41,381 nucleotides of DNA from a virus. Lineage: Duplodnaviria > Caudoviricetes. Location of the stretch: positions 1 through 41,381 of the IMG/VR virus record IMGVR_UViG_3300047501_000022. The stretch is one strand, 5' to 3'. How positions within the stretch are numbered: the first letter of the stretch is position 1; every line of letters begins with the position of its first letter. Under the pieces are notes generated by a model that was not told where the DNA came from, did no database searches, and was given only the letters and a program-made list of their open reading frames with translations. Positions 7,305 to 17,000 of this stretch are shown here, one piece after another. Position numbers and translations under genes: made by a program.

Positions 7305-7440
7305 TATAATAATGGCCATAATTATTATGATGGCAATATCCGGCTGCAAAACCTGTGCGCATTATGGCAATTGTCATGAGCCGTCATTGCGGCAGCATCA
7401 CTATGATTATTGTCCATACGAACACTCACTTCACATATAA
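7285..7440 (+). CDS. Putative small Cys/His-rich lipoprotein (51 aa)
   Basis: Manual translation MNTKVGNIIMAIIIMMAISGCKTCAHYGNCHE...; lipobox ISGC; weak RBS. Confidence 0.45.
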   Translation: MNTKVGNIIMAIIIMMAISGCKTCAHYGNCHEPSLRQHHYDYCPYEHSLHI

Positions 7441-7478
7441 CACTATCAGGCACACTGCGTGAAAGGAGGCAACATTTT

Positions 7479-7691
7479 ATGTCATTGTCTTATAAAGATA
7501 GGACATCTCCATTACACAAATACGTTGAGTTCATGACCAGGGCGATAGGGGTTCCGTCGTCTTGCATCGAAAAGGTGAAGTGCGTCGATTGCGGGAAGGA
7601 AGGAATAGCCGCTCAATTCGGATGGGCCCTAAACATTAAAACGGGAGAGAGTTCCGGGCCGCATTGCGGCTGCATTAACAATAACACATAA
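7479..7691 (+). CDS. Zinc-binding hypothetical protein (likely start MSLSYKD)
   Basis: AAGGAGG RBS; CVDC...HCGC. Confidence 0.6.
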   Translation: MSLSYKDRTSPLHKYVEFMTRAIGVPSSCIEKVKCVDCGKEGIAAQFGWALNIKTGESSGPHCGCINNNT

Positions 7692-8342
7692 TCAATCCAG
7701 CAGATACACGACCGAGGTCTGCGCATTGACACTGTCGGCCTTGTGTTGCAAAAGCAGCGAATTATTGAACCTCAAGGGAAAAGGTGAAGGTTTTACCTTG
7801 AGAGATGTACTTCCCACTACCATCCCCAATATTACTCGAGTATAAAAAGAAGTTAAAGTAGAATATCCAGTATCACAAAAAACCACACCGTCTACAGTTG
7901 CCTTCAACTGCACTGTCGGGGTAACAGAAACAGCATTGGTCATAAATCCCAATAACCAACCTGCTCCAGATATATCCAATATATCTATCAGATTCCCTGA
8001 CGCATTCGTATAATTGACAATATGCCTCAATCCCCCCTGCTTGTCCGCTGTATAATAGATACTACTATACTCTTCACTTTTCAGGAAATTGCCCGGAGGA
8101 GGGCTTAGATTGGGATTTAAGGTCACAGCTATTGCCCCCGATACCTGATTCTTGATACACGGCAATGGGTATACATTATCAAGCAATGCACTCCTCGCGG
8201 GAGTCAACGTAGCATTTGATACCGCAGTAGCCGAAAGAGCCTTGTTTGATAAAATATCATCAAGATAATCTATATTCCCTGTCGCTGTCAATGACAAACG
8301 ACTTAGCAACAAGGTTGCTTTACTTAATATCCCCGCTATCAT
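7692..8342 (-). CDS. Tail-associated/receptor-binding protein, paralog 2
   Basis: Last gene of the tail module; beta-rich C-terminal domain similar to 8359..9015. Confidence 0.65.
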   Translation of the reverse strand: MIAGILSKATLLLSRLSLTATGNIDYLDDILSNKALSATAVSNATLTPARSALLDNVYPLPCIKNQVSGAIAVTLNPNLSPPPGNFLKSEEYSSIYYTADKQGGLRHIVNYTNASGNLIDILDISGAGWLLGFMTNAVSVTPTVQLKATVDGVVFCDTGYSTLTSFYTRVILGMVVGSTSLKVKPSPFPLRFNNSLLLQHKADSVNAQTSVVYLLD

Positions 8343-8358
8343 TTTTTCTTTTTCCCTT

Positions 8359-9015
8359 CTAGTCTATCAAATATACCACAGAAGTTTTTATGTTTGTACT
8401 GCTTGCCCTGTGTTGTACTATCAAATTGCTTTCAAACCTTACTGGTATTCTTGACAGGCAGGGGTATACATATGAACCTGCCCCATGAAGACCACCATAT
8501 AGTACCCTGAAATAATTTTGGGTCAATATGGATAGTGTACTATCTGCAATTAATACTCCATCTATTGTGAGTGTTATTTGGCAAGATAAAGGTTCAACTA
8601 AATAATTAGTCATTATACATGCCAGCAGATATCCCGATCCTGTTACATTGAGAGCGGTTACGAGTACATCTGACGAATCGGTGAAGAGAGGGAGCACCCT
8701 AAATCCAAATTGATAATCGTTGGTCAGCAACGGGGATTCTGATGCAAAACTGCTGGATATATTCCCTGTAGGAGCATATCCAGCCGCAATATCACGAGAA
8801 GCGATTTCTAATGCCTGGATCTTAGGAAAGACAGGTCTCAATAGACGATCCATTTTGGCTATTCTTCCGGTAGTCATATTCGCTGAAGAAACTGCTGTCG
8901 ATGCCAGTGCTAATAATGATACAGTAGCATCACAATTGGCTTCCAGTTTTGTTGCCCTGGCCGCAGTCAATCGTGTCGTTGCTATCCCTATCTTGCTGAG
9001 GATTGCCCCTAACAT
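8359..9015 (-). CDS. Tail-associated/receptor-binding protein, paralog 1
   Basis: Shared motifs with 7692..8342 (ILSK, GxGxLL, TxDGV, PxRF, QHxA, TSVVYLxD). Confidence 0.65.
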   Translation of the reverse strand: MLGAILSKIGIATTRLTAARATKLEANCDATVSLLALASTAVSSANMTTGRIAKMDRLLRPVFPKIQALEIASRDIAAGYAPTGNISSSFASESPLLTNDYQFGFRVLPLFTDSSDVLVTALNVTGSGYLLACIMTNYLVEPLSCQITLTIDGVLIADSTLSILTQNYFRVLYGGLHGAGSYVYPCLSRIPVRFESNLIVQHRASSTNIKTSVVYLID

Positions 9016-9374
9016 TATACGGCCTCCTGGGTAATATCGGATTGCGTGAGGTTATCTCCGGTATAGGAGTGCACAACCTTCATGTAATAACCGGACAGAT
9101 CAGTGAAGTAATATTTTTCTTCTGTCAGTTTCCCTACGGCATAGGTAAATGTAGCATATCCGATTTGTGATCCTACCGGTTTCTGATAGACGATCCCTGT
9201 AAGATTCCCATCACCATCATAAGAATATATCAAGCGCAGTCCTGCAAGAGGGATGAGCGCAGCATTGCTGAGCATGATCCTCCGAAGCCACAGGAAATTG
9301 CTCTTGATATTGTCAAAGGCATCCTGCGATAGATCAGTAAGATAATCAGGGCTTACTACTGTATAGTCGGGCAT
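9015..9374 (-). CDS. Minor tail protein with YD-like strands
   Basis: YSYDGDGNLT, FTYAVGKLT, HSYTGDNLT; position after the central fibre. Confidence 0.55.
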   Translation of the reverse strand: MPDYTVVSPDYLTDLSQDAFDNIKSNFLWLRRIMLSNAALIPLAGLRLIYSYDGDGNLTGIVYQKPVGSQIGYATFTYAVGKLTEEKYYFTDLSGYYMKVVHSYTGDNLTQSDITQEAV

Positions 9375-9384
9375 TGTTGCCTCC

Positions 9385-9807
9385 TTATCCCAGGATTGTT
9401 GCTTTCCGTTCTTCCGTTATGACGTTCTTAGAAACAAGAACATCCATCAAATTAATCAGATATGGATCTCCAATATCGATCTTGTCTGACACATTAAACA
9501 ATACTTTCTGAATGAGATCCACAACGTTGTCTGTTTCTGCCTTGGTTTCCATTGCAACCATCTCTGCGAGAGTAAACCGTTTTATGAAATCATACTTTGA
9601 AATTATCTTTTCTTTTTCTATGTATGGGATAAAATTGACGCCATTCCAGACCAGCACATCGATGAAGGCAACTGCCTGATCAGGAGTGAGCCCCGGATTG
9701 TTCACCAGTATCAGGTTTGTCGGAACAGTGTACATTTTGGTTTTCTGTATTCGTATGCCCCTGACTATCCCAACGTCATCAACCACTGCATAGTAAACGA
9801 GTGTCAT
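9385..9807 (-). CDS. Tail fibre assembly/accessory protein
   Basis: ISKYDFIKRFTxxE...VITEERKATILG helical motif recurrent next to phage fibre genes. Confidence 0.6.
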   Translation of the reverse strand: MTLVYYAVVDDVGIVRGIRIQKTKMYTVPTNLILVNNPGLTPDQAVAFIDVLVWNGVNFIPYIEKEKIISKYDFIKRFTLAEMVAMETKAETDNVVDLIQKVLFNVSDKIDIGDPYLINLMDVLVSKNVITEERKATILG

Positions 9808-9819
9808 TTACCCCTCCTT

Positions 9820-12800
9820 TTAGGTTGGTATCCATACTTCATTATAGCCCGTCACTGCCCAGTCGATATAGGCCGGTAATTCTACTGCATATGCATTGCC
9901 GTTTGTGTCATAGGTATGCAAAATAAACCCCTCAGAATCAATATCGGACGCAACGCATATGACCGGCTGCAATACATTAACTGGAGTCAATTTGATTTCT
10001 TTCACATTTTCAATTGCATACTGAAATTGCAACTCTATGTATCCGGTTATCGAAGTATTCGCATGGCCTATGTTTTTCAGTATGTCATAGTATACATTGC
10101 ACATCAGTTCGAATAAAGTAACACGTGAACCTATCCCCCCATGAAAGATAAACCTGGCGCGGATGTATCTTGTTTGCCCTCCTCCACATTCGCAGCCGAC
10201 ATTTTCAGTCCATGTTGCGTGATCCGGAGATGTCTGGATGAAAAAAGAGACGTAAGACCCTGTATCTGCAAAGTGATACTTGGGCACCAAGCTGATACGA
10301 GCCACGTCATGAAGACCCCCGAGGTCAATGTAATCAGTAATGACCTCAACCTCTTCATCAAAATTCGGCAAGCTCAGATAGTCGTACAGTTCCGAGAGCC
10401 CTCCATCCAGGTAAGTACCAAATCGTTCATCCAGTGCATCGTAAGCTGTTGTCGGAGCAACAGAGATGAAAGGCATATTTCTTTCCCCATATGTGATATT
10501 CAGGAGATCACAAAATGAAAGCCCGGAAAGAACAAGGGTCGGATCTGGATTACCCTCACTGTCCTTGACTGAATACGGATTTGCGATATCCAGGGTATGA
10601 GATGTTTTATGCCCTACGTATGGAGATTCGGTCACGTTGAGTGCAACTGAGATAGCCGTAGATGTATAATTTCCGGCCTTATCGTATGCCTTCAGAAAGT
10701 ATGAGGTCCGCCTGGTTGATACCATCGTGTCTGTGAACTGGAGCGAATTGCCCGTGTAGATCGTCAACTGTGCAGTATCATAAGTGTCCCCATCCATCCC
10801 CTTTTTCAACACGAAGCCGGCAAAATCCCTATCGATAACCGGCACTGAACCATCCGTCATCCCCCATCGGACAATAACAGAAGATTCGCCTTTTTGCGCA
10901 TACAAGGTCGCTCCTGTTTTCCATACTGGGGGAATCCCCTTCCCCTCAGGAGTTAACTCTACTACGGTGCCGACAGAAGGGACATTGAAAGACGATATTG
11001 TGATGACCTTGAATTTATAAAGTTGCTGTGCAATGATGTTTGATATTTTCCAACTCTGATAGATCGTCTCACCGTCGAGCACGAAATCATCTATGCTCTT
11101 ATATTCGTACCCGACTGTCCATTGCTTAACAGTCAACAGTGAGGTGTCTCCTGTTACCAGCACCCAATAAGTAGCCCATGTACCACCTGTGATGGGTCTA
11201 TTCCCGGCTGCCCCGACATGAGGGGCAATGCACATGTAGACAAGCAAATCAGTGCCCCAGACGAGATCGGCAGTGGCCTTATAGATTTCATATTTTTTGA
11301 TATACGCATATGTGTTGGCATCCCATGACAGAAGCGCAATGCTCATTATGGTTGCATCCTGATAGAGTTTGAGGTCTTCTACCACCGCCAACCCTGTCAC
11401 GTCAGATGGTATTCCCGTCGGATCTGGGAGGTCGGTATCCGAGTAGTTATCGTAAACTTCTATGTCTTCCGAGAACATGTCGGTATCGTATTCTTTCGCA
11501 TTCACGATCACAGTTCCGTTTTCTTGTGGTTCGAGTCCTGACACGGTGAACAGTTTCTCGCTGAATCCATACCAAGGGTGAGTTGTCTTGAGGAGGTCAT
11601 TTATTTGAACCCCCTTGGAATTATAAACAGTGAACGTGATCATGAGATCGTACAACCTGGAATTTAGCAAAAAGATAGCCAGTCGTTTTGCCTGGGAATA
11701 GGATTGACAGCCGGTGCAATCCATCGATGCTTCATGCACCTCGTTGCTGCCCAGGGCAGGGTCTTCTATGTCCTCTTCGATCGCCTCGAAGGTATTGCTG
11801 TCTGTCCAGGAGAATCTTACTCTATTGATCAAGTCCTGAGATTGTGCAGGATTGATACTGAGGTCCCACATATCATCCTGGGTGAATATCGTAGCCGCAG
11901 CTGGGTCTATTTCGTGCGCATAGTCCAATCTGATCGAACTCCCATCTTCCACTAGTCGGGCATTCATGTGCCCGCACATTATAGCAATCGCATCTGCAAA
12001 GGAGGTAGCTTCCCCAAAAGAATAATTGAAGGAATGCCTTTTTTCAGCCACATAATAACTGATCCCGGTTTGCCATGTATTGCTGTTCGGGGTAACAATT
12101 TCAGTCCAATATTTATTTTTCCCCGGCGACGACAGATAATAAAGCGGATTGCTGGCAGTGGTCGAGAAATGAGAATACTTGCACTGGAAATATTTCCATC
12201 CACCACCATATGCAACCCTTACCACGTCGCTGGCAGCATAGATATTGTAATCGCAATAATCAGCCACATCAGCGAATGATTGCGCGTTGAGATAAGCAAG
12301 GGGGACCCCTCCGTTGATAAGCGCATCATAAAGAATGACTGCGGGATTGGTTGAGTAAGCCACTGTGGATGTAATGGGATACGTTACTTTCTTTCCTTTG
12401 ATTTTTGCATAAACCGATGGTAATTCAGTCATGCTAGATATTGTGGGAAACTTGATATACAGATAAGCAAGCCCAAGCAAAGGGTATGTCCAATCGGCAT
12501 CCACCAGGTTCAACCCACATACTGCCTGAGCCTGAGTACCGTAGAATTTTTCTATCGTGTAGGGGAAGTACGGTTCAAGATATGACCTATCATCTACCGT
12601 GATATCTTCAAAACTTTCTATCTCACCCTCGCACAGCAGATAGATTACATGCAAGGTGTATGCTCCGCCTATCTGGATGATTTTGACATATATCATCTGC
12701 CCGGGGATTTTCTGAAGTCCATAAACAATCGGAACTACCCCACCAGCCGGGCTCACATTGAAGTCATGAGTTCCGATGGCTCCACCATGATAAGGGTATG

Positions 12801-12918
12801 GCGCAAGTGGCTTTGGAGGGTGAGGTTTCCCCATATCCCATCCAGGCTGGGGATTGCCATATGGATACCATAGGATTGTTCCGCCGGTGAACCACGGGCT
12901 TATAAACGAATAATCCAC
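9820..12918 (-). CDS. Central tail fibre/tip attachment protein (lambda J-like)
   Basis: VPIVYG, LCEGEIE, GLAYLYIK, IKGKKV, STNPA motifs; FN3-like repeats; 1032 aa. Confidence 0.88.
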   Translation of the reverse strand: MDYSFISPWFTGGTILWYPYGNPQPGWDMGKPHPPKPLAPYPYHGGAIGTHDFNVSPAGGVVPIVYGLQKIPGQMIYVKIIQIGGAYTLHVIYLLCEGEIESFEDITVDDRSYLEPYFPYTIEKFYGTQAQAVCGLNLVDADWTYPLLGLAYLYIKFPTISSMTELPSVYAKIKGKKVTYPITSTVAYSTNPAVILYDALINGGVPLAYLNAQSFADVADYCDYNIYAASDVVRVAYGGGWKYFQCKYSHFSTTASNPLYYLSSPGKNKYWTEIVTPNSNTWQTGISYYVAEKRHSFNYSFGEATSFADAIAIMCGHMNARLVEDGSSIRLDYAHEIDPAAATIFTQDDMWDLSINPAQSQDLINRVRFSWTDSNTFEAIEEDIEDPALGSNEVHEASMDCTGCQSYSQAKRLAIFLLNSRLYDLMITFTVYNSKGVQINDLLKTTHPWYGFSEKLFTVSGLEPQENGTVIVNAKEYDTDMFSEDIEVYDNYSDTDLPDPTGIPSDVTGLAVVEDLKLYQDATIMSIALLSWDANTYAYIKKYEIYKATADLVWGTDLLVYMCIAPHVGAAGNRPITGGTWATYWVLVTGDTSLLTVKQWTVGYEYKSIDDFVLDGETIYQSWKISNIIAQQLYKFKVITISSFNVPSVGTVVELTPEGKGIPPVWKTGATLYAQKGESSVIVRWGMTDGSVPVIDRDFAGFVLKKGMDGDTYDTAQLTIYTGNSLQFTDTMVSTRRTSYFLKAYDKAGNYTSTAISVALNVTESPYVGHKTSHTLDIANPYSVKDSEGNPDPTLVLSGLSFCDLLNITYGERNMPFISVAPTTAYDALDERFGTYLDGGLSELYDYLSLPNFDEEVEVITDYIDLGGLHDVARISLVPKYHFADTGSYVSFFIQTSPDHATWTENVGCECGGGQTRYIRARFIFHGGIGSRVTLFELMCNVYYDILKNIGHANTSITGYIELQFQYAIENVKEIKLTPVNVLQPVICVASDIDSEGFILHTYDTNGNAYAVELPAYIDWAVTGYNEVWIPT

Positions 12919-13499
12919 TATGCAGTTACCTCTTGCACTATGAATGATGTAGAGTAATATCCGTCCATTATCACAGACCTTCCGAGCATATCATTTCCGA
13001 AAATGCATAGGGGATAATATCTCCGCCCCTTATAACTGGCCGTTATCGCCGTACCATTACCAGGTATATGACCTGCCTTGAATATCACCTGATCCTGTAC
13101 ATCAACCCCGGTACCGACACTGATATCATAGTAAGAACTATCCTGCAACGCCCCGGCAACGTATATCAGCCAAGCAGAAGTCGATTTCGCACCGAGGGTG
13201 AAAGTTGCGAGCGCTCCCGTCCCTGTGCCGATAGCAACACCTACATATGGATAACTATCGAAAGAGAAGAAACTGAACGGTGCCCACATGCCACGACAAG
13301 CCAGGAATAAATCGAAAATCAACTTGATCTCTGCGGCCTGTTCCCTGATGTCATACTTCAAAGAAAATTGCATTAATGGAAGCGTTCTTTTGCTTCTTCT
13401 CTGAGTTAAATTGCCGTCTGTGATGCCCAAGGTTTCCGTGATGAATGCGGGAGTCTCAACGTATTCAAAGTTCGGTGGGATATCCGGGAAAAGTGACAT
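12918..13499 (-). CDS. Distal tail protein (DUF2460-like)
   Basis: QRRSKR, LFLACRGxxxPFxF, IGTGTG...F.L, PGNGTAITASY. Confidence 0.72.
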   Translation of the reverse strand: MSLFPDIPPNFEYVETPAFITETLGITDGNLTQRRSKRTLPLMQFSLKYDIREQAAEIKLIFDLFLACRGMWAPFSFFSFDSYPYVGVAIGTGTGALATFTLGAKSTSAWLIYVAGALQDSSYYDISVGTGVDVQDQVIFKAGHIPGNGTAITASYKGRRYYPLCIFGNDMLGRSVIMDGYYSTSFIVQEVTA

Positions 13500-13517
13500 T
13501 TAGTTCTTACCCTCCTC

Positions 13518-14051
13518 TCATTTGATTCTGAAGATTGTATAGCCTGCCAGGACAACCCCCTTCTGAGGTAGAAAGGGGAACGTGCTCCTGTTGATCTGAG
13601 TGGCCTGGAATCTCTTTGTATTGGGATTGAAATGAGGGGAAACAAGAACTTCGCATGTTTCCCTGTTGAGTGAGGGCCTACCTTCAATCTTTCCCCAGAA
13701 CATCAGTTCCTTGCCGATGAAGACATTGACGGCATCAAACCATGCCTCGTAGTACAAAAAGTGCTTATCACGCCAGGTATTGTTGAGCACGATGGATGCC
13801 ATCACCGATGCAACGTTAGGGTATGCAGGAAGATTCCCAAAGGATACTCTCAACGTATCAAGTTGCCCGCCCTCTAGGATGCCCCCACCAGCGATCTTAA
13901 ATGGAAAGGGTTCGTAAGTATCCGTACCGATAGTTATAGCCCTATCATCGTTTGTATATTTGTACACTCCAGTATTGATATCAATGATCTGCGCTACAGT
14001 AGCATAGGCAGATGCCTTCGCTGCTTTGAGTTCATCGGAGAGCGATTTCAT
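13518..14051 (-). CDS. Baseplate hub/minor tail protein (lambda L-like N-terminal domain)
   Basis: KYTNDDRAIT...TYEPFPF; directly after the tape measure. Confidence 0.65.
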   Translation of the reverse strand: MKSLSDELKAAKASAYATVAQIIDINTGVYKYTNDDRAITIGTDTYEPFPFKIAGGGILEGGQLDTLRVSFGNLPAYPNVASVMASIVLNNTWRDKHFLYYEAWFDAVNVFIGKELMFWGKIEGRPSLNRETCEVLVSPHFNPNTKRFQATQINRSTFPFLPQKGVVLAGYTIFRIK

Positions 14052-17000
14052 CGGATCGTACCCGCACGCCTGAGCTTGTTGATCGCCAGGTTCGCCCCGA
14101 CATTGGCTGAAACTTTGATGAGTGGAGCTATGTCACCGCTCACGTTAATTATTATCGGCTGACCGCTGCCACCATTCGCAGCCACATTGGCAGCGATGAT
14201 AGATAATGCCTTGTTCCCTTCGGCTGTTATCACTGCTTCCCCTCGATGAAGCACGCTGCGGTATCCACTGTAAGGGACGTAATCTAATCCTGATTGATGC
14301 GCAGGCGCATTGGCAGCCGCAGCTAATGCATTTGCTGCCGATGCCGCAGCACTGCTGAGTTTAGAAATGGATGCGCTTGCATTTTCAGTTGCTATAGTGT
14401 AAGTAGCTATCTTTTCCGATGCTGCCAATATCTCTTGACCAAACACAGAAAGATCCATGCCCTGGAGGGATTTGCCCAAATCCTCTATCGCTATCTTGAG
14501 ATCATTCATTATGTTTTTTATCAAATCCTGGATAGCGGCATTGGTCTCCTCTGATATTTTTTTCATGTCAGCCATCAGTGTTGTCATGAATTCATCAAGC
14601 TTGGTAAGGTCCTTGTCTATGCCTTTACGATATCTCTCTCCTCCCTCGCTTCCCAAAAGATTCTTCGCTTGATCGATCAATGTGTTCATCAAAGTCTCGA
14701 TCTGGTCGGCGAATTTCACCATGCCCTCTACATTGCCGGCTGTCTTTGCTTTATTGTATTCCTCTTGGGCAGTCGCTAACTCTCTTTTTGTCTTATCATA
14801 TTCGGATTTGTAGTATCCGGTCTTCTCTGCCTCTGACATCCCGGATACTTTGATGTCCTCCCTGAATCCCGTGATTGTCTGATGGATATTGAGGGCGCCT
14901 TCTGCCAATGAGTATATCGATTTAGCAAGCCCGTCTAAGGCATTGGTTGCTGCTTCGATATCGCCCGCTCTCAATGCTGTGTCTAACTTTTTCATATTAT
15001 CTACATATGCATCAAAAATCGGAGTCTTTGATTGCTTATACAATGCATCTATGCTTTCATCAAGATTCTTGAATGTTTTGCCGCTAAATATCGAGATGGA
15101 AGCCAATGCAGTTGTTACCCTATTTACTTCGACATAGAAAGCATCTATCCTCGCCCCCAAAATATCGAACGCATCTGCTGCTTTTGAAATGTCTCCAGTC
15201 GCTACTGCTGCATTGTAGTCATTGATCAGATCAAGAATGCTCTTTCTTGATAATGCTTCTTCTTCTGTAAGCTCCTGCCCTTCTTTTATCTCTTTTTTGA
15301 TACCTTCGGAAAGTTCTTTCATAGAACCAAATCCTGTTTTGAGCAGTTCAAGCGAATCCCTTATCGCATCTTTGGCATCTTCAAAGCCTTTTTCAAGATC
15401 GTTTATCATTTCGAAATTTTTGCTCCGAACTATTTCGACCGTATACAGCAATATTTTGTTTATTGCCTCGTACCCGCCCTCACCTTGTTTGATGAATTTG
15501 TTGAATATCCCCATAGTCATGTCCGTGGCATAGGTATTGAGCCAATCAGTTATTCTTGCCTGGATCTCTTCTTTCGTCATTTCAGTAACTTTCGATACCG
15601 TGAACTGAAATCCACGATTAAATTGATCTGTGGCTATCCCAAGCTTTGTCATGTTTTCTTTCAGATATTCTCGTTCTTCCTTGAAGGCTGTAACCGTAGC
15701 CTTGGCCAATTCGGACATATCTCCAAGCGATTCCGTAGACATAGTAAATCCAAGCTTATCAGCCGTTGGTTTTTGATATGCTTGCCAACCCCCCTCTTCG
15801 CCCAAGTGCCCTTTCTCTAAATAGTCTCCGGAATATGCCAGCGAAATCTTGCCAGGAACATGCTTTTCACCTCCTGACAGCAAACCACCGACAAGACCAA
15901 TAATCCCACCCACAATCGCACCCACAACTGTTCCAATACCAGGTATGATAGAACCTATCATCGCACCAGTTGAAGCACCTTGCATCACACCTGTCAATGC
16001 TGCTTGGCCTTTACTAACACCTCTTTCTTTGTTGGTCGCAAAAGTATATGCCATTTGTGCTATACCCATAGCACCACCAACTGCTCCACCCCAATTAACC
16101 CCTGAGCCACCAGCACTGCCTATTTTACCAATATCAACCATGCCACCGCCATATCCTATGCTTCCCGAACTTATACCAGCACCACCGGTACCACCGGTAT
16201 ACCCGCCCCCAGATACCCCGGCCTGTGCATTGATTGGATTATTCTCGATATTGGTTTTGCTTGTCAGCCAATTCTTGATCATGCTCACGAGCATCTCAGC
16301 CCATATTCTATTGAGAGACCTTGAGAAGTCTTCAAAAAAATCAGCAAAGGATTCTAGTTCCCCGCTCAACGCATCCTCGAATAACTCAGAGAATGAATCC
16401 TCCATGAGGTCCAACACGTCTTCAGTGCTCCTGTACCAATTTTCAGTTTCGTTTCCTGCTTCTGTCAGCCAATCAGCCCATGCTCTTTCCATTGCAGCAG
16501 TCATGCCGCCAAATTCACGACCCAATTTCATGAAGTATTCTTTATTCAACCTCAAATTCTCATTCAAGGAGTCATTTTCTATCTTCATTCTGTTTTGAGC
16601 GTATTTCAGGTAAATCATCGTCGCCTGATTTGCAAGTTCCTGCTGCTTTATCAAATTCCCTTCTGCAGCCTTTGCTTGGACAAGCAATAAATCATAATAT
16701 GCTTCTAACTCTGCATCGATGGCAGATATTCTTGCTTGTTTTTCTGCTTCGATAAGCTCTACGAGTTCGGCAAAAAAAGACTCATAAGATATTCTTCCCT
16801 GTTCATATAGCGTTATCGTTGCCTCTCTCTCTTGATCTATCGCAGCCAGTCTGCTTTCTAATCCGATGGAAGCTATCTGCTTTTCATATTCATACAATAC
16901 CTCAGCTTCGTCCACTATGCGTTCTCTATTGTCGATGATCTGTTTTTTGGTAAGACTGTCTGATTCTATCATCGCCTTGTCAACAAGCTTTTTCTGCTCA

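Noticed and set aside
7692-12918. Diversity-generating retroelement acting on tail genes
   Set aside because: No reverse transcriptase in the window; the paralogs differ throughout, not as an adenine-specific TR/VR pair
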